Assembly: GCA_041674405.1 (NCBI GenBank)
Contig: JBAYVT010000003.1
Span: forward strand, 60,001-92,000
Source of the DNA: Patescibacteria group bacterium
Lineage (GTDB): Bacteria > Patescibacteriota > UBA1384 > XYA2-FULL-43-10
Direction of reading: 5' to 3'
Length of the DNA: 32,000 nucleotides
Positions 1-7,411 of this stretch are shown here, one piece after another (the first letter of the stretch is position 1; each line of letters opens with the position of its first letter). Both the position numbers and the translations under genes were made by a program. The notes beneath the pieces are model-generated. The model searched no databases, was not told the origin of the DNA, and saw only the letters and a list, made by a program, of their open reading frames with translations.

Positions 1-1476
1 AGGATTTGGCTGATTTAAAATAAATTTATCCGCAGCATGGATGGTTTCTTTGATTGCCCCATACGAGATTAATGAATTCGTATGGTATTCGATTTGAGGA
101 ACAATATCCTCCAATATTCTAACCATTTCATTTTTATCCGGTTCTTCAATGGTTACCCTGGTAAAACGCTCGACCAAGACGCCATTTGTAGCAAAATATT
201 TATTGTAAGATGAAATATCGCAGGTTCCAACAAAATAAACCCCAGAACCTTCCAAATAAGGAAGGATGACTTCGGATGCATTTACCCTTCCGGCATCTCC
301 AGAAGAAAACAGATTTTGGATATTTTCAATAAACAGAATAATATTGCCCGCTCTTGTGGCTTCATTTAATATCTCTGTCAATCTTTGCGTGATTTCCCCT
401 CCGCTTACAGCACCCGAAAGCAGTGAATCAATATCAAGTTTCAAAACATGTTTATTGGAAAGCGAACCCATCGCTTTCCCCTCATAAACCCTCTTCACAA
501 AACCAAGTGCTGTTGTCTTCTTCCCAACACCAGCTTCTCCAACCAGTAGAACATTGCCTCCAGTTTGTTTGGTAAGCGCTTCTTCCATTGCTTTGATCTC
601 TTTGTCATGACCCACAATATGCAAATTTAATCCGGTTTCGGCGATAGTTCTGGTAAGATCTTGCGAATATTGTTTCAAAAGGACCGCCGCTCCAAATATC
701 CAATCCTTACCTACCCCTCCGGTCAACTTTATATTGTCTGGATTTATAAATTTCTTTTTATAATATTTTTCACGGACTTCGGCAGTTTGCCAGTAAACTA
801 TATTGGCCAAATCTTGAAGTTCAAGCCGATAATCTGACATGAAACGCTGTAATCCTTTGTCCTTTTCACAGAGCGCCACAAAAAGGTCGCCAACCTCAAT
901 TTGGTGATGAGATTCTGCCTGGGCAATTTTTAGGGCGCGTATAACCAACTGCAAAGTATCAGAATCGCCCGATTCTCCTTCCAGATATTCGCCAACTAAA
1001 TCTTTCGAAGTTCCAATTCTTGCAAGAATAAAAATCATATCCGGCGAATTTAATATGGCTTTTGCGATGTCTTTGGAGGTCGCATTATCGGCATATCCCC
1101 TGAGTCCTCGGGACCATGCTTTTGCTAGTTCAAATGAAAATACCCCGAACAAATTGCATTCCCCGCCGTTAGCAATCGCCTCTACAAATTCATTTAATTC
1201 GTATTGTTTCGGATATCTCACACGAACTTTATAAAATGCTACCGCAGTTAAATACAAAATAAACACGCCAATATCCAGCAAAACCCATCCTCTGTACGGA
1301 TCAATTTCGTTAAAATCAAACCAACTCCCAATATCGGCAACTATAGCGGCAGCAGAAATTAAATAGAATATAAAAACAATAAACTTAAAAAAATAATTCG
1401 AAACAAGGGCATCAATCTTGATCGCTTTAGCAATTATTGTGCCATTTTCTTCAATTTTGCAATTTGAATCTTTCAT
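1..1476 (-). CDS. Membrane-anchored Clp-type AAA+ ATPase, partial (runs off left edge)
   Basis: Hand translation of minus strand from ATG 1476 (MKDSNCKIEENGTIIAKAIKIDALVSNYFFKFIVFIYLI...) stays open to position 1. Contains Walker A GEAGVGKKTT and Walker B-like NIILFIENIQNLF, with two predicted TM segments at the N-terminus. Not in the supplied ORF track because it is edge-truncated. Confidence 0.85.
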   Translation of the reverse strand, partial: MKDSNCKIEENGTIIAKAIKIDALVSNYFFKFIVFIFYLISAAAIVADIGSWFDFNEIDPYRGWVLLDIGVFILYLTAVAFYKVRVRYPKQYELNEFVEAIANGGECNLFGVFSFELAKAWSRGLRGYADNATSKDIAKAILNSPDMIFILARIGTSKDLVGEYLEGESGDSDTLQLVIRALKIAQAESHHQIEVGDLFVALCEKDKGLQRFMSDYRLELQDLANIVYWQTAEVREKYYKKKFINPDNIKLTGGVGKDWIFGAAVLLKQYSQDLTRTIAETGLNLHIVGHDKEIKAMEEALTKQTGGNVLLVGEAGVGKKTTALGFVKRVYEGKAMGSLSNKHVLKLDIDSLLSGAVSGGEITQRLTEILNEATRAGNIILFIENIQNLFSSGDAGRVNASEVILPYLEGSGVYFVGTCDISSYNKYFATNGVLVERFTRVTIEEPDKNEMVRILEDIVPQIEYHTNSLISYGAIKETIHAADKFILNQPNP

Positions 1477-1859
1477 CAAAATGCCCTGATCCCTCTAATG
1501 ATCAAATATACTGCCAAAACTGGAACCAAGGGCCAGGCGATCACCATAATAATTGACCCGGCTAAAGTAAAAATCGAGGACACTAAATACGAAAAAAGCG
1601 TCATTAATTTAATAATGAAACCAGTAAACCTTGAAGCTAAATTCAGAGTCCAGGCCTTGAATTTTTCCTGTAGAGTAAGGCCCTCATAATTTATAAGGTC
1701 CCGCTTCCACGGAGAAAACAGGGTCGTAATACACACTTTCACCGAAAAAAGATCAAAATTTATAATAAAAAACGCGCGAATGTACTTAAAAAGACGGCCG
1801 TATGCGTACCCATACCACCAAGAAAGATATAGGATCGGTAAACTGGTTGTCCCCTCCAT
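1476..1859 (-). CDS. Small membrane protein preceding the Clp-type ATPase
   Basis: 127 aa ORF with hydrophobic C-terminal segments; stop overlaps the start of the ATPase gene (TGATG), suggesting translational coupling. Confidence 0.6.
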   Translation of the reverse strand: MEGTTSLPILYLSWWYGYAYGRLFKYIRAFFIINFDLFSVKVCITTLFSPWKRDLINYEGLTLQEKFKAWTLNLASRFTGFIIKLMTLFSYLVSSIFTLAGSIIMVIAWPLVPVLAVYLIIRGIRAF

Positions 1860-1923
1860 TCGAATCCTCGTATCAAGTATTGTGCATTAAGCCTAATACT
1901 TTATTCTTAATACTTTATTCTCA

Positions 1924-2136
1924 TTATTCAATCTCTATCGCATCAACTGGGCAATGGTCTGCCGCTTCCTTTGCTTTTTCAAAATCTGAGCACCCTTTTT
2001 TGGGCACTGATTTACCTTGTTCGTTCAGCTCAAAACATTCCGGAGCTAAAGAAATACACGTACCACAACCGATGCATGTATCATCGTCAACCACAATCTT
2101 GGGTTCTTCATTCTTCTTTGCTTTTTCCTCCGCCAT
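1924..2136 (-). CDS. 4Fe-4S ferredoxin
   Basis: CIGCGTCISLAPECFELNEQGKS...CPVDAIEIE motif. Start at MAEEKAKK preferred over the ORF-track start because an AGAGAGGA SD-like sequence precedes it. Confidence 0.85.
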   Translation of the reverse strand: MAEEKAKKNEEPKIVVDDDTCIGCGTCISLAPECFELNEQGKSVPKKGCSDFEKAKEAADHCPVDAIEIE

Positions 2137-2230
2137 AATTTCCTCTCTGTTAACTTCCAAAACAAGGCTTAAAGCCCACTATTATTGTACGATAATATGT
2201 TCAAAAATAAAAGCAGCCATGCTCTAATCC

Positions 2231-2259
2231 TTGACATTTCATTACAAAACTGCTACAAT
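2231..2259 (+). promoter_or_regulatory. Near-perfect sigma70-type promoter for the 44-aa gene
   Basis: TTGACA (2231-2236), 17 nt spacer, TACAAT (2254-2259). Confidence 0.75.
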
Positions 2260-2314
2260 GATTTAATCATCAAAAACAATCCGATGAGAAAAACAAAAGT
2301 AATTAGGAGGAAAA

Positions 2315-2449
2315 ATGAGAAAAGAAATTGCGCGCGTTGGCACCGAAGCTGTAGATCTGGATAATCTTAAAGCGATCGAAGCCGTTGCGATGTCAGCAGT
2401 TGCCATCCTTGCCGTTACCTTCGGCACTATCTACGGATCAATGCTTTAA
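2315..2449 (+). CDS. Small 44-aa protein of unknown function (predicted C-terminal hydrophobic helix)
   Basis: TTAGGAGGAAAA-ATG strong SD; translation MRKEIARVGTEAVDLDNLKAIEAVAMSAVAILAVTFGTIYGSML; consensus promoter upstream, terminator downstream. Below the size limit of the supplied track. Confidence 0.75.
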   Translation: MRKEIARVGTEAVDLDNLKAIEAVAMSAVAILAVTFGTIYGSML

Positions 2450-2471
2450 ATCAAACTAAAATTTTCATGTA

Positions 2472-2505
2472 ATAAAAAATCCTTGAGAAATCAAGGATTT
2501 TTTAT
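2472..2505 (+). terminator. Rho-independent terminator
   Basis: ATAAAAAATCCTTGA-gaaa-TCAAGGATTTTTTAT perfect stem, A/T tracts on both sides (may be bidirectional). Confidence 0.8.
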
Positions 2506-2522
2506 ATGGAGATATTCAGAAT

Positions 2523-2771
2523 TTATTTTTTGATAAACCTGTTGATAATTGTAATCTCGTCTTCACCCAAGACCACATTCCCGTCCTCGTCGCGGTTCTT
2601 GATAATCAAAAGTTCTACAAATGTTGAGATAGTAGAGGCCAGAGATGATTTTGCAGCTTCAAGCTGAATTAATATCTCTTTCTCCGGTTTATTTTTATCC
2701 AGCATATCTTCAATGCCGCGGATCTGGCCCTCAATTCTGCGCAAGCGATTAAAAATTGTTTGATAATGCAT
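2523..2771 (-). CDS. CsoR/RcnR-family (DUF156) metal-sensitive-type repressor homologue lacking cysteines
   Basis: RLRRIEGQIRGIEDMLDK...IQLEAAKSSLAS matches the family helical core; the translated protein contains no Cys. Confidence 0.75.
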   Translation of the reverse strand: MHYQTIFNRLRRIEGQIRGIEDMLDKNKPEKEILIQLEAAKSSLASTISTFVELLIIKNRDEDGNVVLGEDEITIINRFIKK

Positions 2772-2858
2772 GGTCGTTCACTTTATGGACATTACGAACT
2801 TTATAGACTTTCGATTCGCTGCGGGCTTTGTCCACAGCCATACCCCCCTCTTTCCACA

Positions 2859-2879
2859 ATATACCCCCCACCGGTATAT
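2859..2879. promoter_or_regulatory. Palindromic candidate operator near the CsoR-like gene
   Basis: ATATACC-cccacc(c)-GGTATAT inverted repeat in a C-rich context, preceded by CATACCCCCC at 2839-2848. Confidence 0.45.
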
Positions 2880-2959
2880 TTTACAAGTTAAATAGTGAGG
2901 AAACTCCAAAATCTAGACTCTAAAATGCAACATATTTTAAATATCTTCTATTATTAAAC

Positions 2960-2999
2960 GGAAAACGGCGGTCCACATGGGACCGACCGCCAGTTTTCC
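2960..2999 (-). terminator. GC-rich hairpin downstream of the 3014-3358 gene
   Basis: GGAAAAC-GGCGGTC ... GACCGCC-a-GTTTTCC stem flanking an 11-nt loop. Confidence 0.6.
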
Positions 3000-3013
3000 C
3001 CTTCATGTTGTAG

Positions 3014-3358
3014 CTATTCCTGTGTTGACTGCTCTTGAGCCTGATATGCCAGCAATTCCCACCAGAATTCCTTCATCACCTCGTGATGGATGACCTTCAG
3101 AGGCACCCCTCCATTGACTGACAACCACGGACGGCCATCCTTGCGTACCCACACCGATAGTGTCAGATCGCCCGTGATGACAAGACGGAAGCACTGCACC
3201 CCATGGATCGTCGGCTGCTTCCACAAAGGAATCGTCGCCTTCAGAAGCATGGCGACTACTCTGCCCAGACTGTTGTAGGCTCGCAGAGCCATCAGAAAGA
3301 GCAACAAGAAGACAAATGCGGCCAAACCAGCAACCATCGAAGCGAATGCGCTATTCAC
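3014..3358 (-). CDS. Hypothetical protein with N-terminal TM helix (GC-rich island A)
   Basis: 114 aa ORF, GTG start (NSAFASMVAGLAAFVFLLLFLMAL...); own hairpin downstream and TTGACT-type promoter-like sequence upstream. Confidence 0.5.
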   Translation of the reverse strand: MNSAFASMVAGLAAFVFLLLFLMALRAYNSLGRVVAMLLKATIPLWKQPTIHGVQCFRLVITGDLTLSVWVRKDGRPWLSVNGGVPLKVIHHEVMKEFWWELLAYQAQEQSTQE

Positions 3359-3503
3359 TTTGAGTACCCCCAGTGTTCGGATTTGTGGGCGGAAACTACA
3401 CCTAGGTAATTTACACTCTCTTAGTGAGAAAAGTCAACAAAAAATGGCAGCCAACAACTATTAACTGCTGTTTATTTTTAAACTTCAGAGTGCTTAAACA
3501 AAT

Positions 3504-4250
3504 TTATCGGATTTCAACCGACTTAACGAAAGGCTTGATAGCGTTTGCCATTTCCCTGAGTTCTTTGTCTAAAAATGGCGCGAGTTTCATTTCTTCGGAG
3601 ATTTGCTTCGTCTTCAAATAATTTTGGATGACGTATTTGTTTGTGCCCTTGATCATTTTGCCAATGCCAATCATATCGTCGATGTTGTGCAATGGTTTGG
3701 CTAGAGTCGTCCGAAATTCATATGAAATGTCAGAGTTCATAATAAGTTTGACTGATTTTTGGACACCAGCTATCAGCTTGCAACTTGCAGCTGGCGGCTT
3801 CTTTGATTTGGAATTTTTTTTGAAATTGGAAATTGGAAATTGGAAATTGGCGACATCTCGATACTTATCAATCGGTGACTTAATATCCATGGCAATATAA
3901 TCGACATCGCCATCCTTGATGATTTTTTCAAGCAGTTCGGGATTTGTGCCATTCGTATCAAGCTTCACTTGAAATCCAAGAGCTTTGATGTGAGATATAA
4001 ATTGCGGCAAGTCATTGTGTATCGTCGGTTCTCCGCCCGTAATGCAGACTCCACCCAGCTTTCCATAGCGAGACTCAAGAAACTCAAAGAAATCTTCTTC
4101 GGGAATCAAGGGGTTAAACTTCTCGGGTAATACCAATTCTGGATTATGGCAATAATGGCACTTAAAATTGCAGCCGCGTGTAAAGACTGTAGCCGCAACT
4201 AACCCCGGGAAATCCACGAGAGTTGTTTTTGCAAGACCAGCAATTTGCAT
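3504..4250 (-). CDS. nrdG: Anaerobic ribonucleoside-triphosphate reductase activating protein (radical SAM)
   Basis: CNFKCHYCHNPELV radical SAM CxxxCxxC motif, GGEPT, DTNGT; directly downstream of nrdD. Carries a 27-aa low-complexity insertion. Confidence 0.9.
   Translation of the reverse strand: MQIAGLAKTTLVDFPGLVAATVFTRGCNFKCHYCHNPELVLPEKFNPLIPEEDFFEFLESRYGKLGGVCITGGEPTIHNDLPQFISHIKALGFQVKLDTNGTNPELLEKIIKDGDVDYIAMDIKSPIDKYRDVANFQFPISNFKKNSKSKKPPAASCKLIAGVQKSVKLIMNSDISYEFRTTLAKPLHNIDDMIGIGKMIKGTNKYVIQNYLKTKQISEEMKLAPFLDKELREMANAIKPFVKSVEIR
3768..3848 (-). repeat. In-frame simple/decayed-repeat insertion inside nrdG
   Basis: Plus strand ...AGCTTGCAACTTGCAGCTGG...GAAATTGGAAATTGGAAATTGGAAATT; encodes NFQFPISNFKKNSKSKKPPAASCKLIA between conserved-looking ...KYRDVA and GVQKSV.... 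Confidence 0.6.
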
Positions 4251-4263
4251 TTTATAAATTCAA

Positions 4264-4355
4264 AACTAATATGTAATAACTAATAACCGAATGAATCATC
4301 CTCATGGTTTTTAGTTTTTCGCCCCGTAGGGGCCCCTTTGGGGTTTTTAGTTATT
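4264..4355. repeat. Intergenic repeat family, copy 1
   Basis: aactaatatgtaataactaataaccgaatgaat...tttttCGCCCCGTAGGGGCCCCTTTGGGGtttttagttatt; similar copies at 22478-22816. Confidence 0.7.
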
Positions 4356-4362
4356 AAATGTA

Positions 4363-6519
4363 TTAAATTAGCTCTGCTTGTTCTACATTTTCATCCACTA
4401 CTACTTCTTCTTTAGCATCCTTTGTTTTTTTGATCTGAACAGTTTGTCTATCATCAAATTCCGCTCTTTTTCCTTCATTCCATTGTTTAATCGGGCGAAT
4501 ATATCCGACAATTCTGGCATAAACTTCGTTTTCCGAACCGCACTTTTCACATTTCTCCACTCTGCCAGGAATATATCCATCTTTCGGGCAGACAGAAAAC
4601 GTTGGGCTAATCGTAAAATATGGCAACCGGTAATTTTCGCAAATGGTTTTAATTAGATTCTTCATTGCATTTAAGTCCTTGATTTCCTCACCCACAAACA
4701 GATGAACAACGGTTCCACCGGTATATTTGGTCTGTAGTTCATCTTGAAGATCGAGAATTTCAAAAATATCATTCGAATAATCAACTGGAAGCTGTGTAGA
4801 ATTTGAGTAGTAAACTGGCAATCCGAGCTCTTCGTGTTGGGCTTCATTTGCAACCATAATTTCGGGATAAAGCTCTTTATCTATACGCGCCAAACGATGA
4901 GACGTACCTTCGGCAGGAGTAGCTTCAAGATTGTAATTGTTGCCAGTTTCTTGCTGATATCCTGAAATTTTTTCACGCATATAATCCATTACCTCAAGAG
5001 CAAATTTCTGGCCTTCAGCCGTGGCAATGTCGCGACCGAGCAAATTCAAGATTGCCTCATTCATTCCAACCAATCCGATAGTTGAGAAGTGATTCGACCA
5101 ATATTTGCCATCGCGCTTTTTGATATTTCTCAAATAAAACTTCGAATACGGATAAAGACCGGCATTTGTCATTTTCTCAAGCGCAGTCCGCTTCAATTCC
5201 AAACTTTCTTTGGCTAGATCCATAACATAGCTTAGATTATATAGAAATTCCCTCTTGTCACGCGAACGATAGCCAAGCCGAGGCAAGTTGATAGTGACGA
5301 CGCCGATCGAACCAGTAAGAGGATTTGCACCAAAAAGACCGCCGCCTCGCTTCATAAGCTCGCGGTTGTCTAGTCGCAGACGGCAGCACATTGAGCGTGC
5401 GTCTTCCGGTTTCATGTCCGAATTGATGAAGTTAGAAAAATACGGAACGCCGTATTTGGCTGTCATTTTCCACAAGCCTTCGAGTTTCTTATTCTCCCAA
5501 TCAAAGTCTGCTGTGATGTTGTAAGTCGGGATCGGAAAAGTAAAAATCCGTCCCTTAGCATCGCCCTCAGAAACAACCTCGGCAAATACTTCATTGAAAA
5601 GATCCATCTCAGCTTGAAATTCCTTATAGGTTTCCTTTTGCGGCTTGCCTGCAACCATAACCGGCTGATCAGCAAGAGTGGAAGGCACGGTTAAATCGAG
5701 TGTGATGTTTGTGAAGGGTGTCTGAAAGCCAACCCTTGTCGGGACATTCATATTAAACATGAATGATTGCAAATCTTGTTTTAGCTCGGCTCTGCCAATT
5801 TTGTCATAGCGTATGAATGGAGCAAGCAAGGTATCAAAATTTGAAATTGCCTGTGCTCCCGCAGATTCACCCTGTAAGGTAAAAAAGAAATTAACCAGCT
5901 GGCCGAGGGCTGCCCGAAGATGTTTGGCTGGCTTGCATTCGATTTTGCCTTCCACCCCCGAAAAACCGACCGCCAAAAGGTCCTGTAGATCCCAGCCGAC
6001 GCAGTAAACCGAAAGTTTATCGAGGTCATGAACGTGCATATCGCCTTCAGCCGCCGCGCGTTTGATTTCTTCAGGGTACACTTTGCCCAGCCAATAACCT
6101 TTGGAGATTTCTGAAGAAATATAGTTGTTAAGGCCCTGAAGCGAATAAGCCATGTTGGAATTTTCTTTCACCTGCCAGTCCAAATTACCGACATATTGTT
6201 CGACTAGGCCCACTTGTTCTTCAAGAGCTAACGCGCGAAGTTCGGCATGTTTTTGGCGATATATGATATAAGCCTTCGCAGTTTGGCGATATTTTGATGA
6301 CAAGAGCACTTCTTCCACTACATCTTGTATTTCCTCAACGGTGGGAATCTTTCGGCGAATTCTCTCCGGTGCAAGCTCGATTACCTTTTTCGCTAATTTC
6401 TTGGCCGCGTCTTCGCCAAATTCTTCTGTTGCCTTGCCAGCTTTTGCGATTGCGCTCGCAATCTTGGCTTCAGTAAAATCAACGATTTTTCCGTCGCGTT
6501 TTCGAATCTTAGTAAACAT
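4363..6519 (-). CDS. nrdD: Anaerobic (class III) ribonucleoside-triphosphate reductase
   Basis: 718 aa; ATP-cone-like N-terminus (MFTKIRKRDGKIVDFTEAKIASAIAKAGKA), CPKDG...CEKCG zinc site, glycyl-radical region RIVGYIRPIKQWNEGKRAEF; SD GGAGGG upstream. Confidence 0.95.
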   Translation of the reverse strand: MFTKIRKRDGKIVDFTEAKIASAIAKAGKATEEFGEDAAKKLAKKVIELAPERIRRKIPTVEEIQDVVEEVLLSSKYRQTAKAYIIYRQKHAELRALALEEQVGLVEQYVGNLDWQVKENSNMAYSLQGLNNYISSEISKGYWLGKVYPEEIKRAAAEGDMHVHDLDKLSVYCVGWDLQDLLAVGFSGVEGKIECKPAKHLRAALGQLVNFFFTLQGESAGAQAISNFDTLLAPFIRYDKIGRAELKQDLQSFMFNMNVPTRVGFQTPFTNITLDLTVPSTLADQPVMVAGKPQKETYKEFQAEMDLFNEVFAEVVSEGDAKGRIFTFPIPTYNITADFDWENKKLEGLWKMTAKYGVPYFSNFINSDMKPEDARSMCCRLRLDNRELMKRGGGLFGANPLTGSIGVVTINLPRLGYRSRDKREFLYNLSYVMDLAKESLELKRTALEKMTNAGLYPYSKFYLRNIKKRDGKYWSNHFSTIGLVGMNEAILNLLGRDIATAEGQKFALEVMDYMREKISGYQQETGNNYNLEATPAEGTSHRLARIDKELYPEIMVANEAQHEELGLPVYYSNSTQLPVDYSNDIFEILDLQDELQTKYTGGTVVHLFVGEEIKDLNAMKNLIKTICENYRLPYFTISPTFSVCPKDGYIPGRVEKCEKCGSENEVYARIVGYIRPIKQWNEGKRAEFDDRQTVQIKKTKDAKEEVVVDENVEQAELI

Positions 6520-6613
6520 CCCTTCGGCCCTCCATTCTAGTGATCAATATATGCAAATTTGTATTCGGTAATTTACAATATACACCCTTTTTGCCATCGT
6601 TCAAAGCCTTAAC

Positions 6614-6629
6614 ATACTACATGTAGTGT
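6614..6629. promoter_or_regulatory. Candidate NrdR-like box upstream of nrdD
   Basis: ATACTACATGTAGTGT containing the perfect palindrome ACTACATGTAGT (6616-6627); resembles NrdR boxes in general form. Confidence 0.35.
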
Positions 6630-6757
6630 TTATGCTTAGTTCGGTTTTTGTTTGCTATTGTTTGGCGCTTCTAAATTAGGTTTTTTGATTTTTTTAACAT
6701 AATATGGGTTATTACCGACTGAAAAATTAGCTCGACCATCAATGTATAAGATTTACA

Positions 6758-6786
6758 TTGTAGCCCAACCCCAACGCTGATACAAT
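6758..6786 (+). promoter_or_regulatory. Promoter for sortase gene, near-leaderless
   Basis: TTGTAG-N17-TACAAT; start codon only 9 nt after the -10. Confidence 0.55.
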
Positions 6787-6795
6787 CAAAGCGAA

Positions 6796-7401
6796 ATGCT
6801 AAAAAATATCATTGTAAAAATATTGTTGGCTGCAATCGTCGTTTCTGTGGTAAGCGTCGGTGCTTACTATTTTTTTGGCAGAAACACAAAAGCCGATGAC
6901 AAGACTGCTGTTACGATTAGTGACCAACCGCTTGTAGCCGGAGTAACAAATTCAAATCCTGACAACCAATCCGAAGGAAAAATGACTTTGGAAATCCCTG
7001 ATCTTAAAATAACAGCACCAATTGTTTTAAATGTTGATGGCAACAATAAAGAAAGTTATATGAAAGCGTTGGAGGGAGGCATCGCCCACATGAAGGGCAC
7101 AGCCCTTCCAGGTAATTCTGGTAATAGTGTGATTTTTGGCCACTCGAGCTATTATGAAGATCAGCCAGGAAATTATAAGTCAATCTTTGCCACCCTTAAT
7201 AATTTGAGCATCGGAGACCCAATAACCGTCGAGAAGCAAGGTGGAAATCTAAATTTTATAGTATTCAACAAACAAATTGTTGATCCGGATGATGTCAACG
7301 TGGTAAACCAAAATTATAGTAAAAAAGAATTAACCCTTATTACTTGCTGGCCAATAAATACAACAAAACAAAGATTAATTGTCTCCGCAGAATTAAAATA
7401 G
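6796..7401 (+). CDS. Sortase family transpeptidase
   Basis: N-terminal TM, GHSSYY (catalytic His), TLITCWPINTTKQRLIV (catalytic TLxTC...R). Confidence 0.9.
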   Translation: MLKNIIVKILLAAIVVSVVSVGAYYFFGRNTKADDKTAVTISDQPLVAGVTNSNPDNQSEGKMTLEIPDLKITAPIVLNVDGNNKESYMKALEGGIAHMKGTALPGNSGNSVIFGHSSYYEDQPGNYKSIFATLNNLSIGDPITVEKQGGNLNFIVFNKQIVDPDDVNVVNQNYSKKELTLITCWPINTTKQRLIVSAELK

Positions 7402-7411
7402 CCGTTAGCTG

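Noticed and set aside
1894-1921. Exact 14-bp tandem duplication TAATACTTTATTCT x2
   Set aside because: Real but only two short copies in an AT-rich gap; not enough to infer an element or CRISPR-like array.
3628-3961. ORFs of 90 and 62 aa within nrdG
   Set aside because: Shadow ORFs created by the AT-rich repeat insertion; parent radical SAM frame is clear.
5288-6571. Short plus- and minus-strand ORFs inside nrdD
   Set aside because: No SD, no recognisable domains, fully inside a confident conserved CDS.
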